The translations under genes were made by a program, and so were the position numbers. This document shows positions 36,943 through 44,556 of a stretch of 64,000 bases of DNA, piece after piece. The notes under the pieces were generated by a model. The model saw only the letters and a list, made by a program, of their open reading frames with translations. It was not told where the DNA came from and did no database searches. This DNA comes from Deltaproteobacteria bacterium (GTDB lineage Bacteria > Desulfobacterota > DSM-4660 > Desulfatiglandales > B25-G16): the NCBI GenBank assembly GCA_020349945.1, contig CP070704.1:748899-812898 (forward strand), in the 5' to 3' direction. Within the stretch, counting starts at the first letter, position 1, and each line of letters opens with the position of its first letter.

Positions 36943-36971
36943 TTGACTGCAAATTGGTGAGGTAATATAAA
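36943..36971 (+). promoter_or_regulatory. candidate sigma70 promoter upstream of the tandem-cyclase gene
   Basis: TTGACT (36943-36948), 17-nt spacer, TATAAA (36966-36971), leaving a ~190-nt leader. Confidence 0.35.
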
Positions 36972-37167
36972 GCTATGGGATTTTCGTTGATTGTTCCTGA
37001 CACAGGGGCCTGAATTTTTTCAAAGGACGCGATCTTTTTTGGGAAAGGAGGTGGGGGAAAAGCTGTTAAGGGGCCTTGACTGTGTTGGGGCACGTGTTTG
37101 TGTGAGCAGATATCTTTCCTAGTTTCGGGGAGATACCTGTTCGTAAACAATGAAAGGAGGAACGAGC

Positions 37168-38811
37168 ATGAGCCGAACTAAAAGAACTAATCTTATCATT
37201 TCGCTGGGCATTTTGTTTGTGTTCATCCTCGCCGGCTCAGGTTATGCGTATAAGGTGATCGACCTTTCGCAAAAAGTTGAGAATGGGATGCCTGCCTGGG
37301 CTGGCAAGTGGGAAGGGATGAGCATGTGGGCCGGGGCCAAGACTCAGATGGAGTGCTACGATAAGGTGGGGAATTTTTACGGTCACGACCTGAAGTTCAC
37401 GGAGCACACCGGCACGCACATGGATAGCCCCGCTCACAACGCTTACGGACTCTGGCGACTTGATCAGATCCCGATCGACAAGTTCCATGGCAAGTGCATA
37501 ATCATGGATATGCGGCCCTGGGTGAAGGATCGGGACGGCTATGAGGTCAGCTTGGCCGATGTGAAGGCATGGGAGCAGAAGACAGGCTGCGATCTGATGA
37601 GGGATGCGGCACGGTCGATGATCTTCATGTGGACCGGCTGGGACAAGTATTGGAACGACTACATCGCGGGGAAAAACGACCGCGCTATGGGGTATCGCTT
37701 CCCTGGCATTATGGAGGATGCGGCCAAGTACTTCGCCGATTGCCGGATCAAGGGCTTCGGGTTTGATACCCTCTCCATCGATATCTACAAGAGGGTGATG
37801 GAGGGCAAGCCGGTCGCTCACCAGGCGATCTTTTCCAACAACACCTGGGTCATCGAGAACATCAAGATCGATCCCTCGGTGGCGGACAAGTGGGCCTACG
37901 CCGTACTGGCCCCCATGAAGATCTATAAAGGCTCCGGTGCCCCCGTCCGGGTGTTTGTGCTGGATGACACCAGGGCCAAGGGTATGGCCGCTTCACTGGC
38001 CTCTATGAAGGCCTTGGAGAACAAATTCATGGCGGCCCCCATGTACGATCTGGCCAACTATATCGAGAACGGGATGCACATCTGGATGGGTGTGTTTGGC
38101 ACCAACCAGGTCGGATTGGGCAATCTTAATGATTTCCGGGGCATCTATCCCTGGATCGACTATCGGGACGGTGGCTTTTACGGGCAGCAGATTTTCTGCA
38201 ACGAGCACACCGGCACCCATACGGATTCCCCCGCCCACCGTCGGGAGGGAGCGAAGTGGACCATCGATAAGGTCGCTTTGAATCACTTCGTGGCCCCCTG
38301 CCTGGTGGTGAATGCCTCCGGATATGGCCCGGAAGAGGGCGACTGGGACTTCACCATGAGCATGTTCCGGGATTGGATGAAGAAGCACCCGGGTCTGACC
38401 GTCAACAAGGGCGATATCGTCTGCTTCTCACAGAATATGGTTCACAAGTGGGCCCTCCACAACAAAGGCATCCACCGCGAGTGGGTTACCACTCACTTCC
38501 CGGGCATTGGTGGGGATGTAGCCAAGTACCTGAAGGATAAGGGCGTTGTGGGCGCGCTCACGGATGTCACCAGCATTGATGCCGCCATGCACTGCCAGAG
38601 GGGCAAAGGCACCGACCAGGAAAACAATATCACGCATGTGACCCTGTTCAGTAATGGCATCTTTGTTACGGAGAATGTCGGGGGAGACCTGCAGCAGGCC
38701 GCCAATTCCAAGGGTCTGGCCTTCGTCATGCCCTGCATGAATACCAAGAATGGATCCGGTGGCCATAGCCGCATCTGGTACTTCGAGGGCCTGGATATCC
38801 CCATCGAATAG
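37168..38811 (+). CDS. exported protein with two tandem cyclase / kynurenine-formamidase-like domains
   Basis: The ATG at 37168 follows AAGGAGG. Sec-type signal MSRTKRTNLIISLGILFVFILAGSGYA. Two copies of the HxGTHxDxPxH motif (EHTGTHMDSPAH and EHTGTHTDSPAH). Confidence 0.8.
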   Translation: MSRTKRTNLIISLGILFVFILAGSGYAYKVIDLSQKVENGMPAWAGKWEGMSMWAGAKTQMECYDKVGNFYGHDLKFTEHTGTHMDSPAHNAYGLWRLDQIPIDKFHGKCIIMDMRPWVKDRDGYEVSLADVKAWEQKTGCDLMRDAARSMIFMWTGWDKYWNDYIAGKNDRAMGYRFPGIMEDAAKYFADCRIKGFGFDTLSIDIYKRVMEGKPVAHQAIFSNNTWVIENIKIDPSVADKWAYAVLAPMKIYKGSGAPVRVFVLDDTRAKGMAASLASMKALENKFMAAPMYDLANYIENGMHIWMGVFGTNQVGLGNLNDFRGIYPWIDYRDGGFYGQQIFCNEHTGTHTDSPAHRREGAKWTIDKVALNHFVAPCLVVNASGYGPEEGDWDFTMSMFRDWMKKHPGLTVNKGDIVCFSQNMVHKWALHNKGIHREWVTTHFPGIGGDVAKYLKDKGVVGALTDVTSIDAAMHCQRGKGTDQENNITHVTLFSNGIFVTENVGGDLQQAANSKGLAFVMPCMNTKNGSGGHSRIWYFEGLDIPIE

Positions 38812-38837
38812 ATCGGGAATTCCAAATCTCTGACGGC

Positions 38838-38870
38838 AAAGGGGCTATCTTCGGATAGCCCCTTTTGATT
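38838..38870 (+). terminator. intrinsic terminator after the tandem-cyclase gene
   Basis: Stem AAAGGGGCTATC / GATAGCCCCTTT around a TTCG loop, followed by TGATT. Confidence 0.65.
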
Positions 38871-38997
38871 CTGCTAAGGGACTGGCGACCGACTCTGGCG
38901 GAATCCTCTCCTCTGTCTTAGCCCACCCGAGAAATCGTTTCGTGAAGCTTACTGGTTGACCTGTTGCAAGTCTTCTCCGATACAAAGAATTTTTGGG

Positions 38998-39026
38998 TTG
39001 ACAATCATCAGATATTAAAATAATAT
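38998..39026 (+). promoter_or_regulatory. candidate sigma70 promoter (copy B)
   Basis: TTGACA (38998-39003), 17-nt spacer, TAATAT (39021-39026). Confidence 0.55.
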
Positions 39027-39074
39027 CCAGCCGGTCTATTTGTGCTTCAACCATAACTATTGGGGCAATGAGTG

Positions 39075-39116
39075 ATGGTGATTTTCCAGATCATCCCAAT
39101 ACAAAGGCCTCCATAA
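39075..39116 (+). CDS. candidate leader peptide MVIFQIIPIQRPP (13 codons, Pro-Pro-stop)
   Basis: Positional and sequence homolog of the uORF at 29574-29618. Its SD is weaker (AATGAG). Confidence 0.4.
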   Translation: MVIFQIIPIQRPP

Positions 39117-39150
39117 GGGAATATATAACCTTTGGAGGCTTTTTTATTTC
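39105..39150 (+). terminator. terminator-like hairpin overlapping the uORF stop (candidate attenuator, copy B)
   Basis: 9-bp stem AGGCCTCCA (39105-39113) / TGGAGGCTT (39133-39141) with one G-U pair and a 19-nt loop, running into TTTTTTATTTC. Confidence 0.5.
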
Positions 39151-39256
39151 TGGTGGTCGGCCAAAATACAGTCCGTGCCAGTGGGGGGAGCTGGTAATAG
39201 TCTATCGGTTCGGCCAGGATCTGGGACAGAAAAACCTTTAGAAAGGAGGGCGTGAG

Positions 39257-40720
39257 ATGGAAGCTTCAAAGATGCCAAGTGGTGCACTGAGTCCTTGGAA
39301 TGTCGCCGATTTACCGGCACCACCGACGTTCAATTTTCGTAATGTCATGGCGGTGATCGGCCCGGGAACCATTGCCTTGAGCATGTCAATCGGCAGTGGC
39401 GAGTGGCTGATGGGTCCGAGCGCTACAGTAAAGTATGGGACCGCCGTGATGTGGATCGTTATCGTATCGGTATTTTTCCAGGTTTTCCTCAATCAGGAAT
39501 TTGCCCGGTACACCCTCTACACCGGAGAGCCGGTGCTGACCGGTTTCATGAGGACCAAGCCAGGACCAAAGCTCTGGGGTTGGCTTTATCCCCTGCTTGC
39601 TATCCTGCATGTAGGATGGCCTGGCTGGGCAGCGGCAGCGGCAGCATGCCTTTTTGGAGCCCTGTATGGCCACTTGCCTGATGCGGCTGTGGCTGCTGAC
39701 CGGAGTACCATGCTTACCCTTGGTTACATACTGTTCTTCGGGTGTATAGTCATCGTCCTTTTTGGTGGCCGCATTGAGCGCATTCTCGAGTTCGTAGCCT
39801 GGGGCATGGTTATATGGATTGTCGTCTACCTCCTGATCGTTGACATATTCTTTGTGCCCGGAAAGGCGTGGACGGATGTGGCAGGGGGGTTCTTGAAGTT
39901 TGGCTCCATTCCCAGGGGGCCCACAGGTGTGGATTGGGCCCTGATGGGTGCCTTTGCAGCTTACTCCGGGGCAGGAGGTATCGGCAACTGCTGGATCACT
40001 AACTGGCTGCGGGACAAGGGCTTCGGCATGGGGAAGGTCATTGGGTTCATCCCCAGCGCGATTGCAGGGAAAGAGGTGAAGCTCGCCCATGTGGGAAGTG
40101 TCTTTGAGCCCAACGAGAAGAACATGAGCGGCTGGAGACAGTGGTGGAAGTATCTGTGGATGGATCAGGGTGTCCTCTTCGGCATCGGGTGCGTGGTAGG
40201 GATGTACCTGTGCGTAGTGTGCGCCTACGGGATGATCCCCCATGGTACAGACATAACTGGGCTGGCGGCCGGTGCATACCAGGCGGATTACCTGGCGAAA
40301 AGGATCGGTCGTGCCATGTGGTTCCTGACCTTGATAAACGGATTCTGGATCCTGTTTGGTACCCAGCTTAGTATTACCGATGGCTTCACGCGGGTAGTTA
40401 CCGACCACGTATGGGCCTGTAGTGAGCGTATGCGCCGCCTGGGCGATGTGCGGTATATCTATTATGGTATATTCATCATCTTTGTCATCTGGGGATGTAT
40501 TGCCATCAACCTGGCGAAACCGTTCGTCCTGCTGGTCATCGGGGCGAATATGGCAGCATTCATCTTCGTGGTCTCAGGGGTCCACATTCTGGTGGTGCAA
40601 CATCTCTTCCTGCCCAGGGAGGTGCGAGCCCCCGTGTGGAGGCAGGTGATCGTAGCCCTGTCCTGCATCTTCTTTGGCTTTTTCGTGCTTATGAATATAG
40701 TGAAACTTCTCGGAGGCTAG
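39257..40720 (+). CDS. Nramp-like polytopic membrane permease, paralog B
   Basis: 487 aa, gap-free alignment to paralog A. SD AAGGAGG lies before the ATG. Confidence 0.6.
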   Translation: MEASKMPSGALSPWNVADLPAPPTFNFRNVMAVIGPGTIALSMSIGSGEWLMGPSATVKYGTAVMWIVIVSVFFQVFLNQEFARYTLYTGEPVLTGFMRTKPGPKLWGWLYPLLAILHVGWPGWAAAAAACLFGALYGHLPDAAVAADRSTMLTLGYILFFGCIVIVLFGGRIERILEFVAWGMVIWIVVYLLIVDIFFVPGKAWTDVAGGFLKFGSIPRGPTGVDWALMGAFAAYSGAGGIGNCWITNWLRDKGFGMGKVIGFIPSAIAGKEVKLAHVGSVFEPNEKNMSGWRQWWKYLWMDQGVLFGIGCVVGMYLCVVCAYGMIPHGTDITGLAAGAYQADYLAKRIGRAMWFLTLINGFWILFGTQLSITDGFTRVVTDHVWACSERMRRLGDVRYIYYGIFIIFVIWGCIAINLAKPFVLLVIGANMAAFIFVVSGVHILVVQHLFLPREVRAPVWRQVIVALSCIFFGFFVLMNIVKLLGG

Positions 40721-40767
40721 GTTAAAGGGATAGGAACTGCCTTTTCAACGGTTGACTGGCCAAACAC

Positions 40768-40800
40768 AAAGAGGGGGGGCACAAAGCCCCCCTTTCTTGT
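40768..40800. terminator. GC-rich hairpin terminator between convergent genes (possibly bidirectional)
   Basis: GGGGGGC (40774-40780) / GCCCCCC (40786-40792) around an ACAAA loop, with A-rich sequence on the 5' side and TTTCTT on the 3' side. Confidence 0.6.
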
Positions 40801-40913
40801 GAACGTATGGTGAAAAAGGGACATTCGTTCAGAGTGGAATCCAGCTCCTGCAGAATACACCGGTCGTTTAAACCTACCTAAACAATAGAAAAGGACAATA
40901 ACGGCGTGCTCTC

Positions 40914-41384
40914 TCACATACCTTTAGAAATGATGAGGGCAGGCTGGCCTTTGGGATAATAATTTTCTTGGGTGCCAATAACCGTAAAACCAGCCTTCTG
41001 GAAAAACAGATGAGCTACAGTATTCCCCGTGGCGGTATGGAGTAAAAGTCTCCTCAGGCCAAGCTGGTAGGCAAGGCATTCTATATGGTTGAGCAGGGCA
41101 GAGCCGATTCCCCTCCTTTGATACTTAGGAAGCACTGCTATAGCCAGTATTTCTCCACTAAGAACATACAACATAGCAAAGCCTACTGGATGCCTATGTT
41201 TGACATAAATGACGGTAATTACATCCGGATTTACAAACCACCGAGGTATAATCTCACTATAGTCACCAAATATAGAAAAGACTTCACCTGAAAGCGTGCG
41301 GATAAAACTGCGGTCCTCTTTAAGTGCTAAACGAATGAATTCTCTTTGCTTAACATCTCTTTCCCCTTTTTTCTTTCCAGCCAC
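40914..41384 (-). CDS. GNAT-family N-acetyltransferase (RimI-like)
   Basis: 156 aa, GTG start. Acetyl-CoA-binding block QRRGIGSALLNHI. Confidence 0.8.
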   Translation of the reverse strand: MAGKKKGERDVKQREFIRLALKEDRSFIRTLSGEVFSIFGDYSEIIPRWFVNPDVITVIYVKHRHPVGFAMLYVLSGEILAIAVLPKYQRRGIGSALLNHIECLAYQLGLRRLLLHTATGNTVAHLFFQKAGFTVIGTQENYYPKGQPALIISKGM

Positions 41385-41590
41385 CTAATTATTCCACGTC
41401 TAAAGGCCGTTCTTTCTTGAGGAAGATTCTTCTTTAGTCCTTTGAGCTTATCAATGAAGTATACCATTTCGTGGATAATTTTGTAGGTATTCTAAATATC
41501 TTTATCAAAGGGACATTCCACATACTTGGAGATGCACCCTAAGTTACATTTTCGGCAGAATAACCTCCTAGAAACGGGCAACATTTGTGT

Positions 41591-43687
41591 TTATAATCTT
41601 ATACTACATGAAACCCCGCCGACAAAGCCCGTTTCAGGAGAGGGGAAGAAACCTATCCTTGACCCAAAGGGGTATCCGCCAATGCCGCCGAATTCCTCGT
41701 ATTCTTTATCCAGGATATTGTTTACCCCCAAGAAGGCTGAGAAATCCCCCCATGTATCCTCATATGCATAAGATAGTTTTGCGTCCCATACACCGTATCC
41801 TGGAAGTTTGTCGAATGTGTTTGCCAGGTCATTCGCTAAGAATCTCTTCCCGACAAATCGAGCTCGATTCCATAAGGTAAAACCGTAGCCCAAATCTATG
41901 TTTGCTTCAATGTACCCCAGGTGTCTTGGGGTAATAGGAAGGTCCGATCCTTTAAAGGGGCCCTCTTCTATCTCTGTGTCCACAACTGTATAACTTCCAA
42001 AAAGTGTTGTCCTCGGAATGATACTTGATTCTGCCGATATTTCTATTCCTCTGTGTACTACTTCATCAAAGTTCTCATTCTGCCCAAAGGCAAAGGTCCC
42101 CACACTGGGTGGCCTAAATAGTATCTCATCCTTGACTGTCATGTGGTAGAGTGATATTCCACCACTGAATTTGGGTCCAAACCGCGTTTTCATTCCTACC
42201 TCGAAGTTTTGTCCCTTCTCTGGGCCAAGTTCTGGTGTGAAACCGAAGAAGCCTGTTAGTTCGTCCCTGTTTGGAAACCTGAAGGTCTTGGCATAACTGA
42301 AATACCCACTCATATTGTCGGTGAAAAGGTATGTGACACTTGCCTTAGGGCTGAGTCTATCAAAATCCCTCCCGCCTTCTGTTCTCGAAGTCGTTCCGCT
42401 TACCAAGTTTTCAGTTTGGCTGGAGAAATCGAAGGCTGCTCGGTCGAACCTTATCCCTGCACCCAGAATAATTCTATCAGTGATAGAAAAATCGTCATGG
42501 AGGTAAACTCCTAAGAGCTCCCTGTCGTACTTTGTAGCCTGCCTCTGGATAAAGGGGTAAAGGGGGTCAGGAAAGTCAGAAAAACTTGTTGATCCGACTT
42601 CTTCCTTGAGCAAATCTATGCCCAATATAGCCTTGTTTTTCCTACCAAATATTTCATATGTAGATGTATATCTCAATGAAAGGCTGTAGTCATCTTCTTC
42701 ATCGTCAATTATCGTAGAACCAGAACCAGGAATTGAGGTAAGGGAATCACCCTCGTTGTTGTTGTAGTAAAAAAGCAGAGAGAGTTTATTGTACTCATCA
42801 GGGATCATATCGGCGCCGAGGACTGTATTAAATTGGTCTGTCTCCCTTTTATCTTCACCGGCCACTACTGAACCCCTCCTACCAACTGCCTGTATTTCAT
42901 TCTTCGTCAGGCTCCCTGGAAGGTCTCTGTCGTCATTATGGTACCCAGCTTTCAGCGTTAGTTCGAGTGCAGGAGTCAACTGGTAGGAGAGCTTGCCTGT
43001 CCAGTCCCGTGCTGTAAAGTTAGAGTTATCTCTGTATCCATCCTCTTCACTGCGGCTTCCGAACAGAAAATAGCTAGACCTTTGTGTGGAACCCTGTACT
43101 GTTGCTGTCTGACCGTATGTCTGCCAAGTTCCCGCATCTGCTCCCAGCTCAATAATAGGTCTGCCCAGGCCCTTTTTAGTGATGATGTTTATTACAGCAG
43201 CCATGGCGGAATCGCCATAAATGGCCGTCGCTGGTCCTCGAACTACCTCTATTCTATCTATGTTATGCAAGGGGATTAGTGCCCAATCCGGATTGGATGA
43301 ATCCGCTTCATTAGCTTTCCAGCCATCTACAAGCACTAAGGTTCTTCCGCCATTGCCCCCTCCGTTGTTAAACCCGCGCGCCTCCACAGTGATTCCGGTT
43401 GGCGTGGAACCAGAAGTGTTTGTCACCATAATCCCAGCCTCTCCTCTTAGAAGTTCTGTTACTTCCTCAGCTGTTGATCTTTCTATGTCCTCCGCGGTTA
43501 TCACGGTTACATTAGCCGGAATGCGAATGATCTCTTCCCTCTCTCTACTGGCAACAACGACTATTTCCTCTAATACTATTACCTCTTTCTGCTCCGGCAT
43601 TTCCTTAGAGGCTTGTGCCAAGACAAGACCATTCAACGGAGCAAGTATTAAGATAAATAGCCTCATTACAAGGATTTTCCTTTTCAT
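41591..43687 (-). CDS. TonB-dependent outer-membrane receptor (cobalamin/BtuB-like by riboswitch context)
   Basis: Signal peptide, TonB-box-like EEIVVVASR, plug domain (IRIPANVTVITAEDIE...GITVEARGF) and a long beta-barrel region. A cobalamin riboswitch lies upstream. Confidence 0.85.
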   Translation of the reverse strand: MKRKILVMRLFILILAPLNGLVLAQASKEMPEQKEVIVLEEIVVVASREREEIIRIPANVTVITAEDIERSTAEEVTELLRGEAGIMVTNTSGSTPTGITVEARGFNNGGGNGGRTLVLVDGWKANEADSSNPDWALIPLHNIDRIEVVRGPATAIYGDSAMAAVINIITKKGLGRPIIELGADAGTWQTYGQTATVQGSTQRSSYFLFGSRSEEDGYRDNSNFTARDWTGKLSYQLTPALELTLKAGYHNDDRDLPGSLTKNEIQAVGRRGSVVAGEDKRETDQFNTVLGADMIPDEYNKLSLLFYYNNNEGDSLTSIPGSGSTIIDDEEDDYSLSLRYTSTYEIFGRKNKAILGIDLLKEEVGSTSFSDFPDPLYPFIQRQATKYDRELLGVYLHDDFSITDRIILGAGIRFDRAAFDFSSQTENLVSGTTSRTEGGRDFDRLSPKASVTYLFTDNMSGYFSYAKTFRFPNRDELTGFFGFTPELGPEKGQNFEVGMKTRFGPKFSGGISLYHMTVKDEILFRPPSVGTFAFGQNENFDEVVHRGIEISAESSIIPRTTLFGSYTVVDTEIEEGPFKGSDLPITPRHLGYIEANIDLGYGFTLWNRARFVGKRFLANDLANTFDKLPGYGVWDAKLSYAYEDTWGDFSAFLGVNNILDKEYEEFGGIGGYPFGSRIGFFPSPETGFVGGVSCSIRL

Positions 43688-43849
43688 TAGTCTACCCCCT
43701 CACTCCTCCTCGGCCAAAAAATGACGATGCCTTTCTCTTCGTATTGAGATTGTTTAAGGCACACCTTTATCTGATCAATTACCGAACTACCACCCCCTTT
43801 TTCCGTTCTCCTTTTCTCATTAGCTTCCGCAATCTTGCCAGACACGAAC

Positions 43850-43889
43850 AAAAAAATCCCCGGACCGAATAGAACCGATCCGGGGATTT
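43850..43889 (-). terminator. riboswitch expression-platform terminator (minus strand)
   Basis: On the minus strand: stem ATCCCCGGA / TCCGGGGAT followed by TTTTTTT. Located between the riboswitch aptamer and the receptor start. Confidence 0.6.
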
Positions 43890-43948
43890 CCCCTTTTTAT
43901 CCTCAAGATCTTTAGGCTAAACCCAGTCCACGGAGGTTAAGCCTTACA

Positions 43949-44111
43949 TTCAGGCAGGTCTTCTGACTCTCGGATCACTCTACTTGCTGCGCCTTCCCAT
44001 TCGGCCTCGCCCAGAACAGTGGCATTTTGCAACTTTCGTCCCCGATTACAGCGGCGGGCCCATCCCCGATTTTAACAGGGTTCCCTATTAAGCTGCTATC
44101 GAGCACCTGAA
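43949..44111 (-). promoter_or_regulatory. cobalamin (B12) riboswitch
   Basis: The minus strand reads ...AATAGGGAACCCTGTTAAAATCGGGGATGGGCCCGCCGCTGTAATC...GCCACTG...GGGAAGGC...AGTCAGAAGACCTGCCTGAA. It has the conserved core, the B12 box GCCACTG and P1 closure TTCAGG/CCTGAA. Confidence 0.85.
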
Positions 44112-44277
44112 CATAGGAGGATTTCTAGCGAAATGATAGATGAAAGTCAAGGGAAATTCTCAGCACATGATAATCCTTCGACTGAGAACTTCTGGCTAAT
44201 CAGAACTTTTCTTCCCCTATAGGCAACTCATATACAGAAAAATGCACTTAGCTGCTCTATCGCAGTTCTTTGTGTGT

Positions 44278-44324
44278 TGACTTTATATTGCACATTCATT
44301 ATAGTTTGGCACAACATCTTGTGG
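44278..44324 (+). promoter_or_regulatory. candidate tandem NrdR boxes upstream of nrdD
   Basis: GCACAACATCTTGTGG (44309-44324) matches 12/16 of the NrdR-box consensus acaCwAtATaTwGtgt. TGACTTTATATTGCAC (44278-44293) matches 10/16. The centres are 31 bp apart, as is typical for NrdR box pairs. Confidence 0.35.
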
Positions 44325-44556
44325 AAAATGTTAGGAGCGGCGGCCTGAAGGCTGTTCGCTTGCATCGACTGGCCTTAATTTCACCTTGTAATAGCTGCCG
44401 GGGGTTTGCCTTGGATTCCGGAGGCAGCTCTGAGCATGAGCAAGACTACTTTTGCTGCCCCGGCCCTCGATCTACCTAGAGAATGGGAATGAGAGAACTG
44501 CGGGATTTATTAACTCCGCCTGCGGCGGATGAACACAGATATGGGGAGAAGAGATC

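Larger units (their letters stand above)
38998..40738 (+). repeat. duplicated cassette, copy B
   Basis: See copy A. The leader carries an extra ~55 nt between the hairpin and the SD relative to copy A. Confidence 0.9.

Noticed and set aside
39386-40408. 340-aa ORF antisense to permease paralog B (and shorter equivalents antisense to paralog A)
   Set aside because: Same reasoning. The long antisense frame is not preserved in paralog A, where it is broken into short pieces, so it is not under selection.
40914-41384. GNAT gene as the toxin of a GNAT/RHH-type toxin-antitoxin pair
   Set aside because: No DUF1778/RHH-like antitoxin gene is adjacent. The only upstream small frame (about 46 aa, overlapping the GNAT start in another frame) has no recognisable fold, and the GNAT looks RimI-like.
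44270-44479. 69-aa ORF in the nrdD upstream region
   Set aside because: No SD and no recognisable similarity. It overlaps the candidate NrdR boxes and probable nrdD promoter/leader.
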